64,000 nt of DNA from Hemiscyllium ocellatum (Eukaryota), in NCBI RefSeq assembly GCF_020745735.1, contig NC_083413.1, forward strand, positions 70,680,001 to 70,744,000. Direction: 5' to 3'. The translations under genes were made by a program, and so were the position numbers. Of this stretch, positions 25,619 to 37,493 are shown one piece after another. The notes beneath the pieces are model-generated. The model was not told the origin of the DNA. It was given only the letters and a program-made list of their open reading frames with translations, and did not search any database. The first letter of the stretch is position 1. Each line of letters opens with the position of its first letter.

Positions 25619-26310
25619 GCAAAACCCGCACCCACACCTCCTCCCTCACCTCCATGCAAGGCCCTAAAGGAGCCTTCCACATCCATCAAAATTTTACCTG
25701 CACATCCACCAATATTATTTATTGTATCCATTGCTCCCGATGTGGTCTCCTCTACATTGGGAAGACTGCACACCTCCTAGCAGAGCGCTTTAGGGAACAT
25801 CTCTGGGACACTCGCACCAATCAACCTCACCGCCTTGTGGCCCAACATTTCAACTCCCCCTCCCACTCTGCCGAGGGCATGGAGGCCCTGGGCCTCCTTC
25901 ACCGCCGTTCCCTCACCACCAGACGCCTGGAGGAAGAACGCTTCATCTTCCACCTCGGAACACTTCAACCCCAGGGCATAAATGTGGACTTCAACAGTTT
26001 CCTCATTTCCCCTTCCCCCACCTCAGCCCAGTTCCAAACTTCCAGCTCAGCACTGTCCCCATGACTTGTCCTACCTGCCTATCTTCTTTTCCACTTATCC
26101 ACTCCACCCTCCCCCTGACCTATCACCTTCATCCCCTCCCCCATTCACCTATCGCACTCTATGCTACTTTCTCCCCACCCCCACCCTCCTCTCACTTATC
26201 TCTACACCCTTCAGGCTCTCTGCCTGTACTCCTGATGATGGGCTTTTGCCCGAAACGTCAATTTTCCTGCTCCTGACCTGCTGTGCTTTTCCAGCACCAC
26301 TCTAATCTAG
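25619..26310 (+). mobile_element. Penelope-like element (Poseidon type), GIY-YIG endonuclease end plus 3' terminal repeat
   Basis: ORF 25654-26064 (NIIYCIHCSRCGLLYIGKT...RFREH...VAQHFNSPSH...LGTLQPQGIN); pyrimidine-rich 3'UTR; CTGATGA..GAAACGTC at 26232-26259. Confidence 0.92.
26228..26263 (+). ncRNA. Minimal type I hammerhead-like motif (stem I damaged)
   Basis: CUGAUGA-U-GGGC(UUUU)GCCC-GAAA-CGUC; the first stem I pair is lost to a G>A change. Confidence 0.6.
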
Positions 26311-27899
26311 AAAAAGGTACTTTGACCTCTTATGTGTCCATTGGTCATTAAGCTCAATCTACTCAAGTTGCATTTTCCTGTACTTGCTGGTAACTTCATA
26401 CGTTACAGTGTTTCAAGCATACATCTAAATGTTTTTTAAATGCTGTGATGGTTCTTAAGTGCCTATGTTCTAATGTGTTTAATATTCCATTGTTTTGATT
26501 GCAAAGAGTTAAGCGGGCAGAGTTTTAAGTGCCTTGATTATTCTGCCGTAGTGATCTTAGCAGTTAATGAATTTATGGCCTTTATTTGCATATTCGTGTC
26601 TACTTTTAGCATTCCTAAGCATCACTTTAATTCTTCAGAAAGGTGCTCCTAAAGTGCCACATACTTCCCTGTTGTGTAGTTTACCTCTCCCAAAGGTGCC
26701 TCAGGAGTATATCCAAAAGATGTAGCTTACATACCCAAAAGGGTGCTGGCTTCCTAAAGGCCTCCGTGAAATTCGTACCTGTTCCCATCAAGTCTAACTT
26801 GAAAACATTATGTTGCAATAAACAAAATCAGATGTGAGTGAGGATAATTGTTGCGTTACATTGGCAGCTACCTCCTGGAATTGTGTGCATGCGAAATGTG
26901 ACTGACTTCCATTCCCCCCCCTCCCATGAAAATGGTAGGTTCCCTTTTTTTTGTCATGACAAGGAAACTTTCCTTCATTGTGATGTATCTGGCCTAAGTC
27001 TCTACTGCAGATTGCTTTTAAAAGACCCTCTTACTCATAAACAATTTACATCTGATTTCTGTCAACTACATAATCATTTACAATAACAAACATTTCATTC
27101 AAAAGCATAATAATTTAAAAGACATACATTCAAAATCATTTTGCCATCTAAAGGAGTCTAATAACGCTTGGAGTTGTCAAACTATGAACTGGCAGGGATC
27201 CTGGTGCAATAAGAGAAGGTTGTGAAATGTCTTATACTAATCAAATGGTGGGAACCCTCAGGCCAAAGTCTAACAACAGGCAATGTTTATTTTAAACACT
27301 ACAGATATTTGTTTTTAAAAGATTTTAAGGATAGTTTTAAGTTCCTTGATACAGTCTGTCAGTTCGTTTGGAAAAGTCCTTTTGACATTTGTTTATGTTA
27401 ATGAGGTATTGATTTTAATGTAAACTCCTGCTTTTAAACAATTCCCAAGCGCAAATTATCTCTTTGCAGACTGTTCCAGGGCCACAATGAAATGTGTGTT
27501 TTGCCCTTCCCAACTAAATGATTCCACAATGCTCAAAGTTGCTCCTGCTACTTCTAATCTGTGCGCATTGCATTATCAAAATCAGACAAGAAACCGATGC
27601 AGATTTATATGGACAGCTGCCTCCACAACACATGCCTGCTCATAGAACTACCTGTCCCTGCTCCTGTCCAATTTTCAGTTTCCTCTGAGAGAGGGCTTTA
27701 GTGTTGGGATAAATTTGGCACAGAAGATCACCAGAGTGAACCTAGCTGAATTGTCTCCTCAAATCCCATCACTATTAAGGGCTAAGAGTCTTGATGTCAG
27801 CATTTTGAAACTTTTCTAGTCGAAATCTTGCTCTAACATAAGCACAGCTGTTTACGGACACAAATCTGGCACATTGATTGGCTATAGATCAAGACATGT

Positions 27900-28197
27900 T
27901 TAGATTAGATTACTTACAGCGTGGAAACAGGCCCTTCGGCCCAACAAGTCCACACCGACCCCCCAAAGCACAACCCACCCATACCCCTTACCTAACACTA
28001 CAGGCAATTTAGCATGGCCAATTCACCTGACCCGCACATCTTTGGACTGTGGGAGGAAGCCGGAGCACCCAGAGGAAACCCACGCAGACACGGGGAGAAC
28101 GTGCAAACTCCACAAAGTCAGTTGCCTGAGGCGGGAACTGAACCCGGGTCTCTGGCGCTGTGAGGCAGCAGTGCTAACCACTGTGCCACCGTACCGC
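27900..28197 (-). mobile_element. HE1-type SINE
   Basis: Reverse complement of the 50798 copy; (ttaga)n tail at the left end. Confidence 0.95.
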
Positions 28198-28369
28198 CAA
28201 CGTGTATTTCCTTTCTGCATACATTCTTATGTCCCAAGATGAATTGAATCCGATTGGTTTCAAACAGAAAGCTCTGCATGCAAAGATCTCAAATGGATTC
28301 CATTTATTCAGTAAATTTAAGTTATCAGGGTCATATCCCTAAATGTAATAAATGGGATGTTTTACAAAC

Positions 28370-28530
28370 AAGTTATGCATCTGAAAATCTAGGTCAGTTG
28401 CACAGTTGAGAGCTTTCAAGACAAATTCGTGGATTTTTCAGAGGTAAGAGTGTGAAGGGCTTTAAAGCAAAGATAGAAGTTAAGTAGCAGACCGTAAGGG
28501 GCTGAATGGCCTAATTCCAATTGCTAAAGC
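28370..28530 (+). mobile_element. Old CR1 3' stub
   Basis: agctttcaagac...aagggctt...ggggctgaatggccta, a CR1 terminus layout. Confidence 0.45.
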
Positions 28531-30574
28531 TCTTCGGTACTCGATTGAAAAAAAAATCTGCATTTCACATGTCATCTGAACCCAAATTCATCCAAATCTG
28601 TCAGCACCTTCTTACTTTGATTACTTTCAAATTCTAGGCTTGGGATCGCACCCAGCTATGCACCCTCGGGGAATGCAGACTGTCCCATGACTTGAAGATC
28701 CAAACTAGTCAGACAGAAGAAGTGAACTGAACCAAATCATTTTAACATGCGCTGTTCAAGTGGCAAACAGATATGCCATGCCCACCACAAACAGCTGCTT
28801 GTGCAAAAACAAAACATTCAATGAGCCTTTCTGCAGTTTCTTCCCTCTCTCAGTCTCAACCCAATTGTCACAGTCTGCCTATGAAGCAGTTACTCAGATG
28901 TCAGTGGATGCTGTCGTCCTCACTATTTTTTTCAGTCTTGTTGATTTATTATAATCTGCAGCTGTTCCTCTGTTGCCCTGCTATACCTCAATTAATCGGA
29001 GGTGGTTTCTGACATCCACAAGCATTACAGGTCCACTACCTCATGCGTGAAATTGCTTTTCTAACAGTGCTGTTATGAGTTAATAAAAATTGATTCTTCC
29101 TCTTCCCCCTGCTTTGCAGGCTGTGTGATGAAAACAGCAAGGCTTTGGTCGGTTGCTGTATTGCTGAATCCAACTGTGGCTTCCTTATGTGCTGGGCTCG
29201 CCTGAGCTGGTTCAGTGATTCAAGATGTAGCACCAGTCACAGTTCAGGTAAACACAAATACAATCCAGGGTTAGTGAGCAGTGTAAATGGCATGTTACGC
29301 GCTTTTTAACGATTGCAATCCGACGGGTTCGAGCCCCTTTAGGTTGCCCATCATTCAAACTTGCTCTCTGCAGTCCGCTGAGCTTAAAGGATTGCCAGTC
29401 AGGATGTTCTTTCTGAACTGTGTGGAACTAATCCATTCCACAGTGGAGGAGATGATATTTTATCACACGAATTGCAAGGGTTGATTATAGTGTGCCACTA
29501 ATGATGGCTAAGATATAATAGTATACAGCGCCCGCACCTCAAATTTTCATGGCACGCTGCACTGTTTATCAACATCAGTCTCCTTCATGATCAGATTTTA
29601 GTATTAATTACTAGTAGTCTGGTAAATTAACACATAAACTGATTATCAGGTGAGCTGTTTGACTACTACAAATAATAAGGCAGCTGAAAATTATCCCCTT
29701 TGCACTATGGCTTTCCTCATGAAAAACATCAACAAAACACTTTCAGAAACTAAATAATCTTCTTCACTCATTGGGTACATTTTCTAAACTGGTAAAAATA
29801 CAAACGGTTTGGATACATTACTCAGATTCTTATTTGGCTCATGCAGACACATATATAATCAACACACTTACATTAGAAGTTAATATTTATTCCTCAGTTT
29901 TCAGAAGCAGGTGAACATTTTTAGCATAATGCAATATGGAAAAGAAAACAAGCTAATCCACCATTTCCTGACAACCTTCCTTTCATCTCCTAATGCTCAG
30001 AAAGGCACTGAACCTGACATCAAATAAATCCTTGATGCATATATAGATCGACTCCATCCAATTACTGAATTGAGTTGCTACTAAATATATGACCATGATC
30101 ATTCCTGCTTAAGACAGATTAAAATAAATCTACTATTGCAGGAAAATATTGTACGTGTTAATTATCCCAAAGCATGAGGTCACTGCTTACTCTACATTCC
30201 TTGCAGAAAACTGTACGAGTTAAATAATGCCATGGAAATTATTTCTCTGAAATTGGAAAATGTGATTAAAGAAGGAATGATGTTGAAAAGGATTATTCTT
30301 GATGCAGTCCCTCAAATCCCTAAGGATTTGAAGATGATGTTGGTTTATTTGGCCCTTGTCCCACTAAATAGGGGAGTTGAAACAGAAGCGCTGAGGCTTG
30401 AGTGGGTGGCAGCTCCCACATTCCTTCCGTTGATTGACAGGTACCTGAGAAATATTTTGCGTTTCTGTGTTTTTAACCAGTGCCGTATCGGTTGGAGTTG
30501 GGATAGAAATTTGGATTCAAGATGCTCACAAGATAATACGTGACCTGATTCAATTGATTAAAGGAGCTGGATGT

Positions 30575-31138
30575 CAAGTTGTGACTGTACAGGGCATTGG
30601 TGAGACTACTTTTCAAATACTGCATTCAATTCTGGTCTCCCTGCTGTAGGAAGGATGCTATTAAGTTTAAAACATGCAAAGAAGATTTACAAGGACGTTG
30701 CCCCTATTGGAGGGTTTGAGCTATCCGTAGGGATTGAGACTATTTTCCCTGGTCCATTGGAAGCCGAAGGGTGACTTTACAGAGGTTTAGAAAATCATGA
30801 GAGGCATGGATAGGGTCAATAGACAAGGTCCTTTTCCCAGGGCAAGGGAGTCCAAAACTAGAGGGCGTGGGTTAAGGTGAGAGGGGGAAGATTTAAAAGA
30901 GACCTGAGGGGCAACTTTTTCACTCAGAGGGTGGCACAAGCTGCCAGAGGAAGTGTTGAAGGCTGGTACAATTACAACATTGAAAAGGCATCTGGATGCT
31001 TTTATGAATAGGAAGGGTTTAAAGGGATCTGGGTCAAATGTCGACAAATTGAATTGGATCAGTTTAGGATATCTGGTCATTGAGAACAAATTGGACTGAA
31101 TGCTCTGTTTCCATGCTGTATAATTCTATGACTCCATA
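30575..31138 (+). mobile_element. CR1 3' fragment
   Basis: QFWSP, RFTRTLP, GDFTEV.KIMRGMDRV remnants; tail ttctatgactccata. Confidence 0.88.
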
Positions 31139-31609
31139 GAAGAATCCCTAACTCAAATATCAGATTTTCTATAAGGTACCATAATTCCGTTCATTCTCAG
31201 CAACATTTTCCACCCGGACGTCTTCTTGAAAATAGCCAACTGGAAGAATTTGGGTGAAAAACTGTATAATTGCTCAACAAAGGGTTGCAATGGCAACAGC
31301 TAAGCAGTGCCACCATGAGCATTCAGAGTTGACATTGAAAAAAACCACGGCGTGCCATAAAGATTTTCCATTATTCTGTACAACATGCTGCAGATTGTGC
31401 ATTCCAGATACTTGCAGCTTTTTGACCCATGCATAAATATAATGTACAATCAGGTATGACCATAGAAAGAAGTACGAGATGGTTCTCTCTCCCTTATAAA
31501 GAGAAAAGTGAAGAATTAGGAGGAGTACTATATTCACAAAGGATCAAAGTGAGACACTTGAATTGAATATTAACGATATTTTCACCTGTTTCAGAGTAGA
31601 TTTCAATTG

Positions 31610-31756
31610 TTTAGAATAGATTACTTACAATGTGGAAACAGGCCCTTCGGCACAATAAGTCCACACCGACCCACAACCCACCCAGTCCCATTCCCCTACA
31701 TTTACCCCTTCACCTAACACCATGGAAAATTTAGCATGGCCAATTCACCTGACCTG
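31610..31756 (-). mobile_element. HE1-type SINE, 3' half (split by Penelope)
   Basis: tagattacttacaatgtggaaacaggcccttcgg...ggccaattcacctgacctg. Confidence 0.9.
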
Positions 31757-32820
31757 GGAGAAAGTGAGGACTGCAGATGCTGGAGATCAGAGCTGAAAAT
31801 GTGTTGCTGGAAAAGCGCAGCAGGTCAGGCACCATCCAAGGAGCAGGAGAGTCGACGTTTCAGGCATGAGCCCTTCTTCAGGAATGAGGAAATTGTGTCC
31901 AGCAGGCTAAGATAAAAGGTAGGGAGGAGGGACTTGTGGTAGGGGTATTGGAAATGCGATAGGTGGAAGCAGGTCAAGGTGAGGGTGATAGGCCGAAGTG
32001 GGGGTGGGGCAGAGAGGTCAGGAAAAAGATTGCAGGTTAGGAAGGCGGTGCTGAGTTCAAGGGATTTGGCTGAGACAAGGTGGGGGAGGGGAAATGAGGA
32101 AACTGGAGAAATCTAGGTTCATCCCTTAAGGTTGGAGGGTTCCTAGGTGGAAGATGAGGCGCTCTTCCTCCAGCCGTCGTGTTGCTATGGTCTGGCGATG
32201 GAGGACTCCAAGGACCTGCATGTCCTGGGTGGAGTGGGAGGGGGAGTTGAAGTGTTGAGCCACGGGGTGGTTGGGTTGGTTGGTGCGGGTGTCCCAGAAG
32301 TGTTCCCTGAAACGTTCCGCAAGTAGGCGGCCTGTCTCCCCAATTAAGAGGAGGCCACATCGGGTGCAGCGGATGCAGTAAATGATGTGTGTGGAGGTGC
32401 AGGTGAATTTGTAGCGGATATGGAAGGATCCCTTGGGGTCTTGGAGGGAAATAAGGGGGGAGAGGTGTAGGCGCAAGTTTTGCATTTCTTGCGGTTGCAG
32501 GGGAAGGTGCTGGGAGTGGAGGTTGGGTTGGTGGGGGATGTGGACCTGACGAGGGAGTCATGGAGGGAGTGGTCTTTTCGGAACGCTGATAGGGAAGGTG
32601 AGGGAAATATATCTCTGGTGGTGGGGTCCGTTTGGAGGTGGCGGAAATGACGATGGATGATACGATGTATGTGGAGGTTGGTGGGGTGGTAGGTGAGGAC
32701 CAGTGGGTTCTGTCCTGGTGGTGCAGACCGCAAGTTTTCCTCCCAGACGTGATCGACGATGCCCTTCACTGCATCTCCTCCATTTCCCGCTCCTCCACCC
32801 TTGAGCCCCGCCCCTTCAAT
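31753..32820 (-). mobile_element. Penelope-like element, 5'-truncated with a 5' inversion
   Basis: ORF 32126-32485 (HIIYCIRCTRCGLLLIGETGR...LGTLQP); upstream PLVLTYHP and C..C motifs; pLTR at 31756-31890; 32724-32820 is the adjoining upstream coding part on the opposite strand. Confidence 0.93.
31850..31885 (-). ncRNA. Minimal type I hammerhead-like motif
   Basis: Minus strand auuc-CUGAAGA-A-GGGC(UCAU)GCCU-GAAA-CGUC-gacu. Confidence 0.65.
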
Positions 32821-32880
32821 TGAACTTGGGTCTCTGGTGCTCTGGTTAGCAGTGCTAACAACTGTGCCACCGTGCCATCC
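32818..32880 (-). mobile_element. HE1-type SINE, tRNA-like head (other half of the 31610 copy)
   Basis: tgaacttgggtctctgg...agcagtgctaacaactgtgccaccgtgcc. Confidence 0.85.
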
Positions 32881-35682
32881 ACGCTTGTAACCACTGTTGT
32901 TACTGAGTCGTTGTCTATGAAACATGATGCACATGATTACCAATCCTTCAGTGAAACAGCACCTTTCAATAACATCTCTTACCTAGGACAGTAGATGCAT
33001 GGAAACACTACCATAGAAAATTTCTCTCCAAATCACTCAGACTGTAACTGAAACAATATCCTTGTTCCTCCATTGATGCTGTGTTAAAATTCTGAAGTTC
33101 CATCCCAGCCCACCATCGCAAAAGCAATAAGGTTGGTGAAAAATGTTACCTTTAATTTTGATACTCAGATCCCAAGAACGAATATAAATAAAACCTGGTG
33201 CCAACCCTCCATCATCAAAACTTTCTTGCTGTTTTGTGATCCTGCAAAAGGAATAAATAACTGAATGCAACAAAATTAACACTTGCAAGTTGCTAATCTA
33301 CAGTAGCAGCTGAGCATGAATTAAATATACACTCCCCTTTATTATGAGCAACTCCAATCGGAAAATATGTCATTCCACTCTTCCCTGATATCATTTGTGT
33401 CCAAACATAGTCTTCTTTCTCTTATTCTTTGGCTTTGTAATACACAATGAGGTTTCAAGATTAAGTGATCTTTGTGTCATTTTGTTTACTTGAAGACACA
33501 TTAGGTGATCATTGATCTGTTCTATTACAGATTGTAACCATCAAAATTTCCATTTATAGGATTGGTAGTGAGTAGGTTTCTGTCAATAAATCTGTGGATG
33601 CACCATATACAAGTAACAACTTGATTATTGTACCATTACAGGCTGCAAACATGCTCCTCTGCACGATACATGAAGACAAGAACTTGTCATAATTCCCTCT
33701 CAAATTACGTATAGGCAAGGCAGAGTTAACCATGATGAAACATGACAATGGATAGCACTACAAAGTTACTATTGGTTAATGCAGCTCCTTGATGAAAACA
33801 GGGTATCCAGTTTAGAAAATGCACCAGCCTCTGATCCTACAACTGTTCCTAGCTACAACCTGAGGGTTAATATTGGGGAAGATGGTTGGTTTCTCTTGGT
33901 TTGAAAAACTGCTGGGGCTGAAATCTGTCTCTTCTCAGACCAGCTTGGTCCTGGGATGCTGTTAAATCTCCTGTAGCTGATGTCTGGGTCAATAGACAAT
34001 AGACAATAGGTGCAAGAGGAGGCCATTCGGCTCTTCGAACCAGCACCACCATTCATTATGATCATGGCTGATCATCCACAATCAGTATCCTGTTCCTGCC
34101 TTATCCCCATAACTCTTGATTCCACTATCTCTAAGAGCTTTATCCATCTCTTTCTTGAAAGTATCCAGAGACTTGGCCTTCACTGCCCTCTGGAGCAGAG
34201 GATTCCATATATCCACCACTCTCTGGATGAAGATGTTTTTCCTCAACTCAGTTCTAAATGGCCTACCCCTTATTTTTAAACTGTGTCATCTGGTTCTGGA
34301 CTCACCCATCAGTGGAAACGTGTTTCCTGCCTCCAGAGTGTCCAATCCATTAATAATTTTATACGTCTCAATCAGATTCCCTCTCATTCTTCTAAATTCA
34401 AGTGTATGCAAGCCCAGTTGCTCCAATCTTTCAACATATGATAGTCCCACCATTCCAGAAATTGACCCCGTGAACCTATGCTGCACTCCCTCAATAGCCA
34501 GAATGTCCTTCCTCAAATTTGGAGACCAAAACTGCACACAATAGTCCAGGTGCGGTCTCACCAGGGCCCTGTGCAGCTGTAGAATGACCTCTTTGCTCCT
34601 ATACTCAATTCCTCTTGTTAGGCCAGCGTGCCATTACCTTTCTTCACTGCCTGCATGCTTGCTTTCATTGACTGATGTACAAGAACACCTAGACCTTGTT
34701 GTACTTCCCCTTTACCTAACTTGACTCCATTTAGATAGTAATCTGCCTTCCTATTCTTGCCACCAAAGTGGATAACTACACATTTATCCACATTAATCTG
34801 CATCTGCCACGCATCCATCCACTCACCTAGCCAGTCCAATTCACCCTGTGTTCTCATAACATCCTCCTCACATTTCACCCTGCCATCCAGCTTTGTGCCA
34901 TCAGAAAATTTGCTAATATTACTTTTAATGCTTTCATCTATATCATTCATGTATATTGTAAACAGCTGCGAGCTCAGCACCAAACGTTGTGGTACCCCAC
35001 TGGTCACTGCCTGCCATTCCGAAAGGGACATGTTTATCACTATGCTTTGCTTTCCTATCAGTCAGCCAATTTTCCATCCAAGTCAGTACTTTGTCCCCAA
35101 TACCATGTGCTATAATTTTGCTCACTAATCTCCTATGTGGGACCTTATCAAAGGCTTTCTGAAAGTCCAGATACATTACATCCACTGGCTCTCCCTTGTC
35201 TATCTTCATAGTTACATCCTCAAAAAATTCCAGAAGATTAATCAAGCATGATTTCCCCTTTGTAAATCCATGCTGACTCTGACCAATCATGTTACTGCTA
35301 TCCAAATGAGTCGTACTTTCATCTTTTATAATTGACTCCAGCATCTTTCCCACCTCTGATGTCAGACTAACCGGCCTATAATTCCTTGTTTTCTCTCTCC
35401 CTCGCTTATTGAAAAGTGGGACAACATTAGCTACCCTCCAATCTGCAGGAACTGATCCTGAATCAGTAGAATGTTGGAAAATGATTACCAATGCATCTAT
35501 GATTTCAAGAGCCACCTCCTTAAGTACCCTGGGATGCAGACCATCAGATCCCGGGGACTTATCAGCCTTCAGACCTAACGGTCTATCCAACACCATTTCC
35601 TGCCTAATATAAATTCCCTTCAGTTCATCCATTAGCCTAGGTCCTTCAGCCACTATGACATCTGGGAGATTGCTTGTGTCTT

Positions 35683-36076
35683 GAGCCCTTCTTCAGGAAT
35701 GAGGAGGAAGAAAGCTTCTTCAAGGAAGGCATCCTTGCAAGAGGATTCGCAGTAGGTTAAAATCTCCTGGGAGAAAGTGAGGACTGCAGATGCTGTAGAT
35801 CAGAGCTGAAAATGTGTTGTTTTCCAGCAACACATTTTCAGCTCTGATCTCCAGCATCTGCAGTCCTCATTTTCTCCTAAAAGATTTTAACCTACTGCGA
35901 ATCCTCTTGCAAGGATGCCTTCCTTGAAGAAGCTTTCTTCCTCCTCATTCCTGAAGAAGGGCTCATGCCCGAAACGTCGATTCTCCTGCTCCTTGGATGC
36001 TGCCTGACCTGCTGTGCTTTTCCAGCAACACATTTTCAGCTCTGATCTCCAGTATCTGTAGTCCTCACTTTCTCCT
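35683..36076 (+). mobile_element. Non-coding Penelope-derived hairpin insert built from a 198-nt hammerhead-containing unit
   Basis: 16-bp TSD agattgcttgtgtctt at 35667-35682 and 36077-36092; 137-bp inverted arms 35683-35819 and 35828-35964; direct repeat with period 198 (35828 vs 36026). Confidence 0.9.
35947..35982 (+). ncRNA. Minimal type I hammerhead-like motif, intact core
   Basis: auuc-CUGAAGA(35951-57)-A-GGGC(UCAU)GCCC-GAAA-CGUC-gauu; palindromic ACGU stem III; predicted cleavage after C35978. Confidence 0.7.
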
Positions 36077-37493
36077 AGATTGCTTGTGTCTTCCCCAGTG
36101 AAGACAGGTCCATGTCCCTATTCAACTGTTCTGCCATTTCCTTGTTCCCCATAATAAATTCACCCATTTCTGTCTTCAAGGGCCCAATTTTAGTCTTAAC
36201 CATTTTGTTTTCTTTTCACATACCTAAAAAAAGCTTTTTCTATCCTCCTTTATATTTTTGGCCAGTTTGCCTTCATACCTCATTTTTTTCTCTGTGTATT
36301 GCCTTTTTAGTTAAACACTGTTGCTCTTTAAATGTTTCCCAGTCCTCCGGCTTCCCTCTCATCTTTGCTGTTATACTTCTTCTCTTTTAACTTTATACAT
36401 TCCTTAACTTACCTCATCGGCCATGGCTGCCCCTGCCTCTCCTTGGGATCTTCCTTCCTCTTTGGAATGAACTGATCCTGCACCTTCTGCATTATATCCA
36501 GAAATACCTGCCATTGTTGATCCATTGCCATCCCTGCTAGGGGTACTGCACCATTGAACTTTGGCCAGCTCCTCCCTCATAGCTTCATAGTTCCCTTTGT
36601 TCAACTGGAATACTGACACTTTCAATTCTCCCTTCTCCCTCTCAAATTGCAGTTTAAAACTTATCATATTATGGTCACCACCTCTTAATGGCTCCTTTAC
36701 TTCATGGTCCCCGATGAAATCCAGTTCGTTGCACAACACCAGATCCAGAATTGCCTTCTCCCTGGTAGGCTCCAGTACAAGCTGTTCTAAGAATCCATCT
36801 CGGAGGCACTCCACAAACTCCCTTTCTTGAGGTCCAGTACCATCCTGATTCTCTCAGTCTACCTGCATGTTGAAAAACCCCATAATAACTGTAGTAATAC
36901 TTTTGCGACAGGCCAATTTCAACTCCTTATTCAACTTACACCCTACATCCAGACTACTGTTGGGGGGCCTATATACAACGTCCATTAAGGTCTTTCTACC
37001 CTTAGAATTTCTCAGCTCTATCCATCCTGACTCTACAGCTCCTGATTATGTGTCCCCCTTGCAAGGGACTGAATATCATTCCTCACCAACAGGGCCACCC
37101 CACTCCCTCTGTCCGTCAGTCTGTCCTTTCGATAGCATGTATAGCCTTGAATCGCTATTTCCCTGTCCACTTGAAGCCATGTCTCAGTCATCTCCACAAC
37201 ATTGTACCTGACAATTTCCAACCGAGCCTCAATCTCATCCACCTTATTTCTCATGCTTCGTGCATTCATATATAATATTCTTAACTTGTTACTCCCCTTA
37301 CCCTTCCTAATAATCCCTAATTCACTTGACCAAACTCCTTTCTTGAGTTTTCGGCTCTGTTGATTCTGTTGTCTTTCTTAACTTCTCTCATTCTCCCTTT
37401 CCCTTTAACTCTCCCTGAATTTCCAATTTGCCCCCTCCCTCCAGCTACTTAGTTTAAACAAACCTGTGTTGCAGTGGCAAACCTGCCAGAATG

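Noticed and set aside
32344-32943. 199-aa ORF
   Set aside because: An accidental fusion of flank, SINE head, inverted segment and Penelope coding sequence.
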